64,000 bases of DNA from Candidatus Krumholzibacteriia bacterium (GCA_963770685.1 CAVYQN010000001.1:72589-136588), one strand, 5' to 3'; numbered from the stretch's first letter, positions 20,336 to 30,129 are shown. Made by a program: numbers and translations. The notes: generated by a model from the sequence alone, not told the origin.

Positions 20336-21898
20336 CTATTCCTCGAGTTTTTTCCGGTTCATCAGGACCTGTATCATCCCCTTGCGATCCTTGCTGTTCG
20401 GATAAAAGATGATCATGTCGTCGTAGTTGTCCTTGTTCAGATCGAGGCTCAAAAGATCCCCGAAGGCCGGCACCTCTATCCTGGCCGCCGGCTTTTTCGA
20501 AAAAAGTTCCTTCTCCCCGCCCGGGAGGCCTGGGAACAGGGAAAGCTCTTCCTCCGCCGTGCCGAACGCGAAATCCTTTATCCTGTCCCCGTTGTAGTCG
20601 CCGCTCAGGCTCACCGCCTGGACGTCGGTTTCCCCGGAAAAATCTATCTTGAATTTCACTTCCTTGGAAAAATCGGGGCTGTCCGAATAGCGGTTGTTCT
20701 CGTTCAGGATGAATATGTTGAAATTAATAGGGACCGATCTCGTCAACAGAAAACGTATGATCGCGGTGACGCTGATCTTTATGCTCGGCAGTATCATGTC
20801 GAGCCTGCCGTCGCCGTTCACGTCCTTCACTATCGTCGCTTCGGAAGCCGATCCCTCCGAGATTATCACCTGGTCCGGCTTTTCCGGGTAGCCGCCGCTT
20901 TTACCGAAATAGATGTTTATCACCGAACGAAAATTCTGCAATCCCCTGGAGGATTGCTTTGTAACGATGGCGTCGGCGTATCCGTCGTTGTTGAGGTCAT
21001 GGATGACCGTCTCCACGAACGCGTTTTCCTCGATCTTCTCGTGCTGCGTCCTCACGTCGAAAAAAAGCCTGGCGGACGGGGTTTCGCTGAAGGCCTTGTT
21101 TCGGTCCTGAATATACACTGCCGTATTCTCGAAGCGGGTGACGACAAGGTCCCTCAACCCGTCGCCGTTGAAATCGGCGAGAACCGTCCTGGGGAACCTG
21201 AAGATGGCGCTGATCCCGGCGGTCCCCTCCCTTTCCTCGACATTTCTCCGGCTCGTCATGTCGGTGGGAAGTTCCACCGAAATCCTGTTTTCCACGGAAT
21301 ATTCGCCGTTCGCATCCGGGGACAGGATCGACAGCCCGGAGAAGGTGAATATGGCCGTTTCCTCGACGCCGTCGTCGTTCCAGTCCTGAACGAAATCGAC
21401 GATCGGCAGGTTTCTTTTCGACGGGAATACGGTCAGCGGCTCGGCATTCACCAGAGCGCGGGCGACGGTATCGAATTTCCCCGAATCGATCATGTAATAC
21501 CGAATCCCTCCGGGGGCGAGGAAGCATATCTCCTTTTCGAGCCCGCCGGCGACGTTGCCGATATCGATCAGGGCCGCCGTGGAGTCCACCTCCCATGACT
21601 GGTCCGCCGCCGTCCCGAACCCGCCCTCCTTCATCTGCCAGAAAACGGACACCCACCTCGTCTCGTCCGGTTCGAGCCCCTTTCGATGCACGGCAAGAAT
21701 GTCCTGGAGACCGTCGCCGTTGATGTCCTCAACGAGAAGGTCGAGCAGCTTGTCCGCCACGCTCAGGGTGGAGATGCTGAAGGCTTCGTCCTTCGCGCAT
21801 CGGGCCGGCCCCGCCGGCAAGGCCGCGCAGGCGAGAAGGGCCGAAAAGAAGATGGCTGCGGGCCGGATGTTCGGGCGTTTTCCGCTATCGATAGACAT
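20336..21898 (-). CDS. Secreted FG-GAP/VCBS-repeat protein
   Basis: Start taken at MSIDSGKRPNIRPAAIFFSALLACAALPAG; the upper 190 codons of the 712-aa ORF overlap the permease gene out of frame. Seven DxNxDGxxD-type repeats (EDINGDGLQDI, DFNGDGLRDL, DLNNDGYADA, DVNGDGRLDM and others). Confidence 0.8.
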   Translation of the reverse strand: MSIDSGKRPNIRPAAIFFSALLACAALPAGPARCAKDEAFSISTLSVADKLLDLLVEDINGDGLQDILAVHRKGLEPDETRWVSVFWQMKEGGFGTAADQSWEVDSTAALIDIGNVAGGLEKEICFLAPGGIRYYMIDSGKFDTVARALVNAEPLTVFPSKRNLPIVDFVQDWNDDGVEETAIFTFSGLSILSPDANGEYSVENRISVELPTDMTSRRNVEEREGTAGISAIFRFPRTVLADFNGDGLRDLVVTRFENTAVYIQDRNKAFSETPSARLFFDVRTQHEKIEENAFVETVIHDLNNDGYADAIVTKQSSRGLQNFRSVINIYFGKSGGYPEKPDQVIISEGSASEATIVKDVNGDGRLDMILPSIKISVTAIIRFLLTRSVPINFNIFILNENNRYSDSPDFSKEVKFKIDFSGETDVQAVSLSGDYNGDRIKDFAFGTAEEELSLFPGLPGGEKELFSKKPAARIEVPAFGDLLSLDLNKDNYDDMIIFYPNSKDRKGMIQVLMNRKKLEE

Positions 21899-21942
21899 AC
21901 GCGATGCTCCTGTATTCCTTGCAAGGGTGAATTCTCGGCACA

Positions 21943-22752
21943 TCAGAAGGTTATCTCCTTTTTCGCGACGGCGGCCGAGCCCGCGAGAGCCGAAACGAGC
22001 GTCCAGATTCCCGCGCAGGCCGCCGTCCTCCACATCAGGGTTCCCCATTCCATGGGTAGTGGGAGTCCCTTCGACATCGCCGTCATCTGCTCGAATGGTT
22101 GCGTCAGGCAGGTCGAGAGCAGAAGGGGCCGCGCGGACGGGATTATCGCGAGCAGGGTCATGGCGAACGAAACGGCGACGACCGTCGCGATCGCCCCTCC
22201 GGGACGGTTGAAGAATGCCGCGAAGACCGAGGTAGCCGTGACGGCGGACCAGAGGGACCAGATCGTCAGTGCGGACGCGACGAGAAGGCTCCGCCACATT
22301 TCGCCGGACGAATGCACTAGGTAATCCTTTTCCATCAGATCCGAATATCCGAATTTCAGGCCGGCGAGGACGACGATCGTTACCAGTGATATCAGGAACA
22401 GGAAGGTGACCCCGGCCGAACAGGCGATCAGTTTCCCGAAATACCAGCTCCGCCGACTGACCGGCCGGGTCCACGCCGGCTTGACGGTGCCCATGGCGAA
22501 TTCCCCCGATATCTGGAAGCCGGTCATGACCACGGCCACAAACGCCATGGCGTTAACAAGCCATCCCATCGAGACCGAAGCGATGTAGAATCCGCTCGAA
22601 AGCCCGATCCAGTCCTTTCCCGCCGCGTAACCGACGGCGAAGAAAAGGACGACAGAACAGAGGATCGTGAGCGCGGGAACGATAAAAGTCGTTTTCCTCC
22701 CGCGCGCCTTGAACCATTCGGCTGACAAAACCTTTCTCACATCATTCGTCAT
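21943..22752 (-). CDS. ABC-2 type transporter permease
   Basis: 269-aa ORF with about 6 hydrophobic helices. Its start overlaps the ATPase stop by 11 nt. Confidence 0.75.
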   Translation of the reverse strand: MTNDVRKVLSAEWFKARGRKTTFIVPALTILCSVVLFFAVGYAAGKDWIGLSSGFYIASVSMGWLVNAMAFVAVVMTGFQISGEFAMGTVKPAWTRPVSRRSWYFGKLIACSAGVTFLFLISLVTIVVLAGLKFGYSDLMEKDYLVHSSGEMWRSLLVASALTIWSLWSAVTATSVFAAFFNRPGGAIATVVAVSFAMTLLAIIPSARPLLLSTCLTQPFEQMTAMSKGLPLPMEWGTLMWRTAACAGIWTLVSALAGSAAVAKKEITF

Positions 22753-23677
22753 TCAGTCCCGTCCCCGTCAACCTGAAGAAAATTTCCTCCAGGGATTCCT
22801 TCGATTCAGCGATCCGCCTTACCTCTATCCCGGCTTCGACCAGAACGCCGTTGATCGCGCCGGCCGGCGCTCCCGGAGCGCGCAAGCGTATGCGGTCCGC
22901 GCCCGTCCTCTCGATCTTATCGATACCGTTCAAGCCTGAAATTATTTTGACCGCTTTTTCGGCATCCGAGCAGGTTATCTCGATTACACGCTCCGCGCGC
23001 GCGAGCTCGTCCGTCGTGCCCGACGCGATTATCTCTCCTCCGTTGATTATCATCAGGCGATCGCAGACCTGGTCCACTTCGTCCATCCTGTGGGATGAGA
23101 AAAGTATTACGCGCCCCTGCTCGTATGCCAGTTCGGGCAGCAGCCTCCTTATTTCGGCTATCCCGGCCGGATCGAGGCCGTTGGTCGGCTCGTCCATGAT
23201 GATGAGCGGCGGATCGCCGAGCAGCGCCGCGGCGATTCCAAGCCTTCTCTTCATTCCCCAGGAATATTCGCCCACCTTTTTGTCTCCGGCCTTCTCCAGT
23301 CCCGTCTTTCGCAACAGCTCCTTTGTCCCGTCGCCGGCGCGAAGCCCCGACCATCGGGCGAAGACCTCGAGATTGTCCCTGCCGGAAAGGTACGGGTAAT
23401 AGGCGGGGGAATCGAAAAGGATGCCGATATTTCTCACGGCATCCCTCGTGTTCGCGCGGATATCCACGCCGCAGATGCTGACCGATCCCGAGGTCGGCCT
23501 CAAAAGCCCCGTCATTACCTTGAACGTGGTCGTTTTGCCGGCGCCGTTCGGCCCGAGAAAACCGTATACGCCGGGCCGTGTCAGGGAGATGTCTATCCCC
23601 TTCAGCGCTTCGACCCTCCCGAAACGCTTCACGAGGCCGCTTACGCGGAGTATCTCTTTTTCCACGGCGACGGCCAT
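22742..23677 (-). CDS. ABC transporter ATP-binding protein
   Basis: Start at MAVAVEKEILRVSGLVKRFG (ATG 23677-23675, 1-nt overlap with the upstream TGA). Walker A GPNGAGKTT, signature YSWGMKRRL, Walker B LIIMDEPTNGLD. Confidence 0.9.
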   Translation of the reverse strand: MAVAVEKEILRVSGLVKRFGRVEALKGIDISLTRPGVYGFLGPNGAGKTTTFKVMTGLLRPTSGSVSICGVDIRANTRDAVRNIGILFDSPAYYPYLSGRDNLEVFARWSGLRAGDGTKELLRKTGLEKAGDKKVGEYSWGMKRRLGIAAALLGDPPLIIMDEPTNGLDPAGIAEIRRLLPELAYEQGRVILFSSHRMDEVDQVCDRLMIINGGEIIASGTTDELARAERVIEITCSDAEKAVKIISGLNGIDKIERTGADRIRLRAPGAPAGAINGVLVEAGIEVRRIAESKESLEEIFFRLTGTGLNDE

Positions 23678-25230
23678 CAGAACGACCTCTGTATTCTCAG
23701 TATGAATCTCGGGTTGAAATCGTCCGCGTCCAGGTCCTGCGCCGCGTAAAATCCGACGCAGGGCAGAAACGATTCGCCGGAAAAACCGATGCCGGCGGTC
23801 TTCTTCCATCTTTCAAAAGGCGCGTCGAGGAATGCGAAAGGCGATTCCATGTTCTCTTCGGGGACCAGAAGACCCGCGTCGGAGAATATCACGAAATCCC
23901 ATCCTGTATAGATCCATCTGAACACCGGCAGGTCGGGCAACCGGCGCCTCAACTCGGCCGACAGAAGGGCCATCCTTCCGGAGCGCTGAACTTCGAAGGG
24001 GAAGTCCGAAGTTCCGCGGACTCCGGCATAACCGTTGAGAGACCTGGTCAATTGCAGGGGAATGGCAGTGAAGGAGGAAAAGATCCTGGACCTCAGATCG
24101 AATTTCATCTTCCACGGCAGGTAATTATATCTCCTCGCGTCCGCCTCGAAAACGGTGTACGAGAAATCTCCCGGGCCGTCCGCCACCCCTTTCTCCAGCC
24201 ACAGGTCGACAAGCCAGGCGTTCTCCCTCCAGGCCTCCTCTCCCCTCGAATCGTACGTCAATCTTCCGGAAAAGGCCGTTCTCGCGCCAGCGTCGATGGC
24301 CGGATTCTCCCTGTACTTGTCTCTGGGGAAGAGGATCGACGACAGCTCGTGGGCTTCCATCGAGACATCCCTCTGGTATGATATCCTCGTTTCCAGTGCG
24401 AGCCGTTCACTCATGGAGCGTTTGAGGCCCAGTTCGAATCCCCGTTTTTCCCAGTAATCGAAGAAATCGTCCCCTGTGAGAAGGACTATGCCGCCGTTTT
24501 CAATGTCCGACATCATCCAGTTGTCGTTGGTGAAAGTCCTCTTGAACCCGTGTACGATCAGCTGCAGCTTATTCCCGTTGAGAGGGATCCACGCCTCGAC
24601 ATCGAAACCGATCCGCCCGGTGCTTTTTTTCATCAGGGAAGGGCTGATCCAGGCGTGCCATCTGACGTACGGTTCCCTGTGATCTTTGTTCTCCCGTTTC
24701 AAGCCGATCCCTATGAGTGAATAATCGACCCTGCCTGCCTTGTCCCCGCCTAGCGCAAAGCGCATCTTCACGGCTTTCGGATCTTCGAATTTTTTGAACT
24801 CGACCGTGCCCTCGCGCTCGAACAGCTCGTCGTCGAGCCTGCACTCGCACCCGTAACGGCTGATGTTGCCCGCGACGGCCGCTTCGTTCGAGAGAAATTC
24901 CCCTGCGTTGACAAGATTCACGTCCCCGTCGAGAACGGCGCTTCCCGTCATTATCAGCCTTCCGTTTATGATCCACGCGGTTCCCCTCAGCGCCGCCCCA
25001 TTCTGAATGTCCAGCGATCCGGCGATCACCACGACCGTGCCCTCGAGGGTATCCCCCTCCGGTATCATGCATCCACCGTAATAGACCGTCCTGGGGGAAA
25101 AATCGAGGAGCCCGGTCAGTTCCTTGTGCGATATCTTCAACGCTTCCGTGGAGCGGTCCGGGTCCGAGGCGGCGCGGGCCGGAGTCATGGCCAGGCAGAG
25201 CAATGCAAAAAATACAGACACCCTTTTCAA
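23677..25230 (-). CDS. Secreted protein: beta-helix (bactofilin-like) repeats plus Omp85/surface-antigen-like C-terminal barrel
   Basis: 517-aa ORF with a TTG start. Signal peptide MKRVSVFFALLCLAMTPARA. Repeat segment GTVVVIAGSLDIQNGAALRGTAWIINGRLIMTGSAVLDGDVNLVNAG. Alternating-hydrophobicity C-terminal part ending FILRIQRSF. Confidence 0.6.
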   Translation of the reverse strand: MKRVSVFFALLCLAMTPARAASDPDRSTEALKISHKELTGLLDFSPRTVYYGGCMIPEGDTLEGTVVVIAGSLDIQNGAALRGTAWIINGRLIMTGSAVLDGDVNLVNAGEFLSNEAAVAGNISRYGCECRLDDELFEREGTVEFKKFEDPKAVKMRFALGGDKAGRVDYSLIGIGLKRENKDHREPYVRWHAWISPSLMKKSTGRIGFDVEAWIPLNGNKLQLIVHGFKRTFTNDNWMMSDIENGGIVLLTGDDFFDYWEKRGFELGLKRSMSERLALETRISYQRDVSMEAHELSSILFPRDKYRENPAIDAGARTAFSGRLTYDSRGEEAWRENAWLVDLWLEKGVADGPGDFSYTVFEADARRYNYLPWKMKFDLRSRIFSSFTAIPLQLTRSLNGYAGVRGTSDFPFEVQRSGRMALLSAELRRRLPDLPVFRWIYTGWDFVIFSDAGLLVPEENMESPFAFLDAPFERWKKTAGIGFSGESFLPCVGFYAAQDLDADDFNPRFILRIQRSF

Positions 25231-25338
25231 AAGAGGTCACTCCATTTCCGGATTGCCGGACATGGCCGGCGCCGGGCCGCGCGATCGGGAAGAACCCGGA
25301 TGTCGGAAAAGCGCCGACGGTCTTCCCGGCGTTCTACC

Positions 25339-25812
25339 CTAATGCCTGAAATAAATCTTACCTACTATCTTCCACCCGTCGCTGAACCTGTAGAGCGACA
25401 TGAAATCCGTGAAAATATGTTTGCCGTCCCTGTACATCTCGATCCTCGCGACGGCGGCGTCTCCGGACACCTCAACCATGGCGAAGTCCCATGTGATCTC
25501 CCGCTTCGGAGGATTGGGATTGTCGACCAGGCTCTTTTCGATCGATTCGATCCATTCATTGATGGAGAGTCTTTCGACGACCCCCTCCTTGAGGCTCAGC
25601 ATCGTGAAATCGGGATGGAATCCCTTCTTTATCGCGGGGATGTTCCTCTCGATGTGTATACCCCTTATGTAGGATTCCTCGATGACCTTTTTCACCGCTT
25701 CAGCGGAATCTTCCACGGCTTCGGATGAATTCGATAATACGCAGGAAAGAAAAAGAAAGGCAAGCAAAGCCATCGTCACTTTATCCACAACAGATCCCTC
25801 CTTCGGCGACAT
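25339..25812 (-). CDS. NTF2/SnoaL-like small lipoprotein
   Basis: 157-aa ORF with a lipobox-like LFLSC. The NTF2-like fold is inferred from ...ARIEMYRDGKHIFTDFMSLYRFSDGWKIVGKIY. The start could also lie at an internal codon. Confidence 0.55.
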   Translation of the reverse strand: MSPKEGSVVDKVTMALLAFLFLSCVLSNSSEAVEDSAEAVKKVIEESYIRGIHIERNIPAIKKGFHPDFTMLSLKEGVVERLSINEWIESIEKSLVDNPNPPKREITWDFAMVEVSGDAAVARIEMYRDGKHIFTDFMSLYRFSDGWKIVGKIYFRH

Positions 25813-25884
25813 GATACCCCGTTATCGCGGGGCGACAAAAGCATATACGGGCCGTAAGGCCTTTTGTTTCGCGTCCGCGCGCCC

Positions 25885-25914
25885 ATTGTATTTCATGTCA
25901 TGCGAATTCCGCAA
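25885..25914 (-). promoter_or_regulatory. Candidate sigma70 promoter upstream of the NTF2-like gene
   Basis: Minus strand reads TTGCGG (25914-25909), 18 nt, TACAAT (25890-25885). Confidence 0.35.
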
Positions 25915-25929
25915 CCGATTTGGTTCCGT

Positions 25930-28458
25930 TCACCGAAGAAGAACGATCTTCCTCGAGGCCCTGAAACCATCGGCTTCCATGCGGCAGAAATATACCCCGG
26001 AAGCGGCGGGCCTGCCCGACGAATCCCTTCCGTCCCACTCGGTCCGGCTGCTTCCCCGATCGATCATTTCATCCACGAGGGTGGCCACGATCTGCCCCTT
26101 GACGTCGTATACGGCTATCCTGACCCTCGCACTGAAAGGCACGTCGAATCTGATCGTCGTGCTCGGGTTGAACGGATTCGGTATGTTCGCGGCAAGCGCG
26201 AATGCCGTCACGCCCGGGTTTTCAGGGTCGCCCGTCGTCCTTGTCGTTGAGAAATCCGCGTCCGAATCATCGTACATGGCGAGGCCCGCGGCATCCCTGG
26301 CTATCACGCGGATCCGCGAAGCGGACGAGGCGCTGTCGGGAACCGTCCAGACGTAGGATCCGTCGTTGCTCTCGCCCGCGGTTATCGTCTCCCCCCAGGT
26401 CTGTCCCCCGTCGTAGGACCGGAGGATGTCGATGGAGACGACTCCGACGTTGTCCGAAGCTGTCCAGGTGATTTCGTGCGTCTCCCCTATCGGAAGACTT
26501 TCTCCCCCCGCCGGAGACGTCAGCGTCACGGAAGGTTGCTCGAGGTCTGGCCATGAGGTGACAAGCCATTCGAGGCTGCGTTGCATCAGCGTGTCGCGCA
26601 TGGCGCTCGTATTGACCGCCTCCAGCCCGAAGGCGAGGTAGACGAGCCTGTGGTATCCCTCGTATCTAAGACCCGCTTCGATGCCCGCAGCATATTCGAA
26701 TATCGCCGTCGCACCCGTACGGGGCTCGATCTCGCTCGGCCAGTCCTGGTTCAGGCTGCCGTCACCCCCTCCTATTTCGAAGGACAATCCCCCGGAGACG
26801 GGATCCCCGGGCATGCCGGTGATTGACCTGTATCCTGAATCGTCGTTTATGTAATCCGCGTGAAGGTAGCCGTTGTAGAACGCTATCTCGTTCACGTTGG
26901 AGTCGCTGTTGAGCTGCCATCCTATATCCTGCCCCGTTACGAGCATCCTCCCCCCGAGGTCGAGGAAGCCGCTGATAGCGTTCCTGTTTTCATACTCGAT
27001 ATCGCCGGAGATCCCTGTCATCCACACGACAGCCGAATATTCTAGGAGTTTCGAAACAGGGGGATATCCATCCACGAACTCGTCCCACACGTCGAAAAAG
27101 TACCCGTTGTTCGCAAGGGCGTTCTTCAGAAAGATATCGTAAGAGGCACCGTCGTCGTCATCGACCAGCAATACGGGGCAGTCGCCGACCGTCACGTAAA
27201 AGGTGTCCGACGACACGTAGCTTCCTGCGTCCGCGATAATATCGATAACGAATTCCAGCGCCGACCCTGGAGCCGCGAATTCGCTGACGGTGAATTCGAA
27301 CGACGGCGAACCGGTATATTCGACGCCCCCCTCCATGTCGGGATAGGCCGCCGAAGCCTGTATCAAATCTACCATGTCGCCCGACACCGAAAGAAGGGCC
27401 GATACGCCCGTTCTCGCCGGAGAAACGACGTCGCAGAACAATGTGACCGACATGGCGGCGGTCTCCCCCGGATCGAGCCTGCCGTCGTTGTCGCCCGACG
27501 AATCGTCGATCTCATGGCTCCTGTAAACAATCCGGTCGCCGGGGTTGTAGAGAACCCTCTGCGTCGCGTTTCCCACCTTGCACGATCCGTATTTTATCCA
27601 GAAATATCCGTCGAGCCCCCAGTCCTCGCCCCAGCTGTTCTTTATGAGCCAGGCCCCCTGGCCGTCGCACATCGAATCGTCCCATCCAACGATCACGACC
27701 GCGTGGTTGATGGCCGCCTCGTCGGCGTGTTCGTAGCATCCCCCCGTGTAGTACCTGAAATCATCGTACACCGTGAAGGTCGTCGCGACGGGGGATATCA
27801 TCACTTCCTGCTTGATAGCGTCGACGTCGTTTGCCACGTCGATCCAGCCGCCGGTCGAAGCCACCGCGGCGCAGAGATGATCGGTGCAGGGTATCCCGTC
27901 GTTCGCCTGATAGGGCATGCAGGCCTCGGTAACAGCCCCGTTTTCCCTTATGTACTGCCATGCCCAGCTGTACCATCCTCCTTCGCATCCGGTCCCGCCG
28001 GTCCTGCACGAAAGTATCTGTTGTTCGGACAGGTCGTATTCGATCCCCTCGTTCTGAAGCAGGACCGCCTCGAGGGCGCCGATGGCGGCGAAATCCCAGC
28101 AGCTTCCGCAGCCGTCCTGGTCCTTGACCGGCGAAACCATACCGTAGTCGCGCCAGTCCCAGCTCGACGGGGCCGTTCCCGGCGCCTTCGTTGAATATTG
28201 CCTCGAGTCCAGGCCGGAGAATCTCTTTTCGACCTCGGGCGGAACGACCGTTCCGCAAAGCGAGAGAAACTCCTCGTCCGAAAGGGAGGAAAGGGAGGTC
28301 TTTCCGGCCGTCCACCCGTACCCCTTCATCTCGATCGTTCGCTGCGCCGCTTCTATAGCAAGCCTTTCCCCCTCTGACAGGTTCGCGGGGGCTGAAATTG
28401 AAGATTCGGGCGTCGCGAAGGCGCCGATCGCGAAGGCGAGCAGAATAATCCTGATCAT
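25930..28458 (-). CDS. Secreted papain-family (C1) cysteine protease with large C-terminal extension and FlgD-Ig/T9SS-type C-terminal sorting domain
   Basis: 842-aa ORF with a signal peptide. Catalytic Cys QDGCGSCWDFAAIG, His NHAVVIVGWDD, Asn WLIKNSWG. Tail ...NIPNPFNPSTTIRFDVPFSARVRIAVYDVKGQIVATLVD...WDGRDSSGRPAASGVYFCRM. Confidence 0.85.
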   Translation of the reverse strand: MIRIILLAFAIGAFATPESSISAPANLSEGERLAIEAAQRTIEMKGYGWTAGKTSLSSLSDEEFLSLCGTVVPPEVEKRFSGLDSRQYSTKAPGTAPSSWDWRDYGMVSPVKDQDGCGSCWDFAAIGALEAVLLQNEGIEYDLSEQQILSCRTGGTGCEGGWYSWAWQYIRENGAVTEACMPYQANDGIPCTDHLCAAVASTGGWIDVANDVDAIKQEVMISPVATTFTVYDDFRYYTGGCYEHADEAAINHAVVIVGWDDSMCDGQGAWLIKNSWGEDWGLDGYFWIKYGSCKVGNATQRVLYNPGDRIVYRSHEIDDSSGDNDGRLDPGETAAMSVTLFCDVVSPARTGVSALLSVSGDMVDLIQASAAYPDMEGGVEYTGSPSFEFTVSEFAAPGSALEFVIDIIADAGSYVSSDTFYVTVGDCPVLLVDDDDGASYDIFLKNALANNGYFFDVWDEFVDGYPPVSKLLEYSAVVWMTGISGDIEYENRNAISGFLDLGGRMLVTGQDIGWQLNSDSNVNEIAFYNGYLHADYINDDSGYRSITGMPGDPVSGGLSFEIGGGDGSLNQDWPSEIEPRTGATAIFEYAAGIEAGLRYEGYHRLVYLAFGLEAVNTSAMRDTLMQRSLEWLVTSWPDLEQPSVTLTSPAGGESLPIGETHEITWTASDNVGVVSIDILRSYDGGQTWGETITAGESNDGSYVWTVPDSASSASRIRVIARDAAGLAMYDDSDADFSTTRTTGDPENPGVTAFALAANIPNPFNPSTTIRFDVPFSARVRIAVYDVKGQIVATLVDEMIDRGSSRTEWDGRDSSGRPAASGVYFCRMEADGFRASRKIVLLR

Positions 28459-28501
28459 GGCATCTCCTTGGGGTGTTGACGGGGCCTGGCTTCTCCCTAT
28501 A

Positions 28502-28530
28502 ATTCTATGCTACCGGAGGCCGTGAATCAA
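28502..28530 (-). promoter_or_regulatory. Candidate sigma70 promoter for the C1 protease gene
   Basis: Minus strand reads TTGATT (28530-28525), 17 nt, TAGAAT (28507-28502). SD AAGGAG lies 5 nt before the ATG at 28458. Confidence 0.5.
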
Positions 28531-28551
28531 GCGGGAAGCAGCGAGGCGCCC

Positions 28552-30027
28552 CTAAGGTCTCTCGCCCGGCCCCCGATCCGCCGCGATCTCGAGTATCCAT
28601 CCGGAGATGATATCGAGTGCTTCGGGGGCGAAGGTTTCGGTGATCCTCCCGTATTCGCCTATCGACCCGCTTTCGCAGGTTTGAAAAAGATGGTTGAGGC
28701 CTTTCAACTCCAGGATCCTGTACCTTACGCATCTTCCCGCGGAAAGGGCTTTCTCTATGGCTGCCAGGTTCTCCCCGGCCGGAACCTGAATATCCTTTTC
28801 CCCGCAAAGCGCCAGAACCGGGCATTCGACCCGGGACAACGCCGCGGCCGGCTCGTACGATAGGAAGAACCTGAACCACGGAGTGGAATATATCCCGGCC
28901 CGCTGCGTGATCGCGCTTTCCGTATAGCCGATGCTTTCAAGTGCCTGCCGCTCTTCGAGGGAATACCGGCCCATGAAGGCCGTCGATTCCTCGATCATGA
29001 TTTTCGCGGCTTTATCGACGTCCTTTTCACGGATGAAGAGATCCTGTTCCAGCCTTTTCTGCTCCAGAATCTTTCCGACGAGCTCTTCTCCCAATCCCGT
29101 TTCCCTTAAAATCGGCCCCGTCTGCATGATCAGTATTTCGCTGCCGTTCAGCCCCGGGGCCGCGAGCAGGACGATGAATTTAACGTCGGTCCCGTTCGCC
29201 GCCACCATGGGAGCTATAATCCCCCCCTCGCTGTGCCCAGCCAGCCCGATTCTGCCATGGTCGATCTCGGGCCTCGACTTGAGGTAGTCGATCGCCGCGC
29301 GTACATCAGTCGCAAAATCCTCCGTAGTGGAAAGAGCGGGGTCTCCCCCCGATCCACCCACACCCCTGTCGTCGCTCCTCAGCACCGCTATCCCCTTGCG
29401 CGTGAGATGATCGGCAAGAACGAGAAAAGGGCGGTGCCCAAAGATCTCTTCGTCGCGGTCCTGCTGCCCTGAGCCCGTGATAAGGACCACGGCTGGAAAG
29501 CCCCCGCCTTTGGCGGGAATCGTCAGGGTCCCGGCGAGGGTTATGCCGGCCTCTTCGTTAAAGTACGACACATCCTCCGTTTTGTATGGATACGGTTTTT
29601 GAGGCGTCTGCGGACGGACCGGCGCCGCCGGAGCGGCGCTTCTACGCAGTTCCAGCGGGAATTCCATGGATGACTGATTCCACGATCCCGAGAAGATATC
29701 CCTCTGCCGGTTGTATTTTCCCGAGAATCCGCCTCCCACGGCGGCAACGTCGATGAACAGGCTGTCCCCCCTGACCGTTATCTCCCTGATCGGTATGCCC
29801 GTCGCTCCCTGGTCGGGGCTGTCAACCGTGCCGCTGAGCGCTCCAGCGCCGCTATCGGAAATATTGAAGACGATCCTGAGCCCGGATCCTTGAATCTCGA
29901 TGGATCCTTCCCAGCTCCCCGCAATCTTCACCGGTTCTTCCGCGGCCCGGGCCGGGAGCGGCGAACCGGCGAATGCCGTAATCATCGCCGCGGAAATTAC
30001 AAATACCGCGATCTTCAGAGCGTTCAT
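28552..30027 (-). CDS. Secreted alpha/beta hydrolase (S9/dienelactone-hydrolase-like)
   Basis: 491-aa ORF. Signal peptide MNALKIAVFVISAAMITAFAGSPLPARA. Nucleophile elbow GLAGHSEGG. LALCGEKD and LNHLF near the C-terminus. Confidence 0.75.
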   Translation of the reverse strand: MNALKIAVFVISAAMITAFAGSPLPARAAEEPVKIAGSWEGSIEIQGSGLRIVFNISDSGAGALSGTVDSPDQGATGIPIREITVRGDSLFIDVAAVGGGFSGKYNRQRDIFSGSWNQSSMEFPLELRRSAAPAAPVRPQTPQKPYPYKTEDVSYFNEEAGITLAGTLTIPAKGGGFPAVVLITGSGQQDRDEEIFGHRPFLVLADHLTRKGIAVLRSDDRGVGGSGGDPALSTTEDFATDVRAAIDYLKSRPEIDHGRIGLAGHSEGGIIAPMVAANGTDVKFIVLLAAPGLNGSEILIMQTGPILRETGLGEELVGKILEQKRLEQDLFIREKDVDKAAKIMIEESTAFMGRYSLEERQALESIGYTESAITQRAGIYSTPWFRFFLSYEPAAALSRVECPVLALCGEKDIQVPAGENLAAIEKALSAGRCVRYRILELKGLNHLFQTCESGSIGEYGRITETFAPEALDIISGWILEIAADRGPGERP

Positions 30028-30129
30028 CTGTTACCCCCTTGCGCCATGCCCATGCAACGACAACAATGTACACAATGAATACACGAAGATGCACGATATA
30101 TTCGATCGGACGGATACGGAGCGCCGGCC

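Noticed and set aside
21899-22474. The N-terminal 190-codon extension of the 712-aa ORF (FG-GAP gene). Similar long extensions occur on ORFs 13826-15901, 38549-39946, 41297-42667 and 22742-23809.
   Set aside because: The extensions are Arg/Gly-rich and overlap neighbouring genes out of frame. Internal ATGs with an SD give canonical signal peptides or conserved N-termini.
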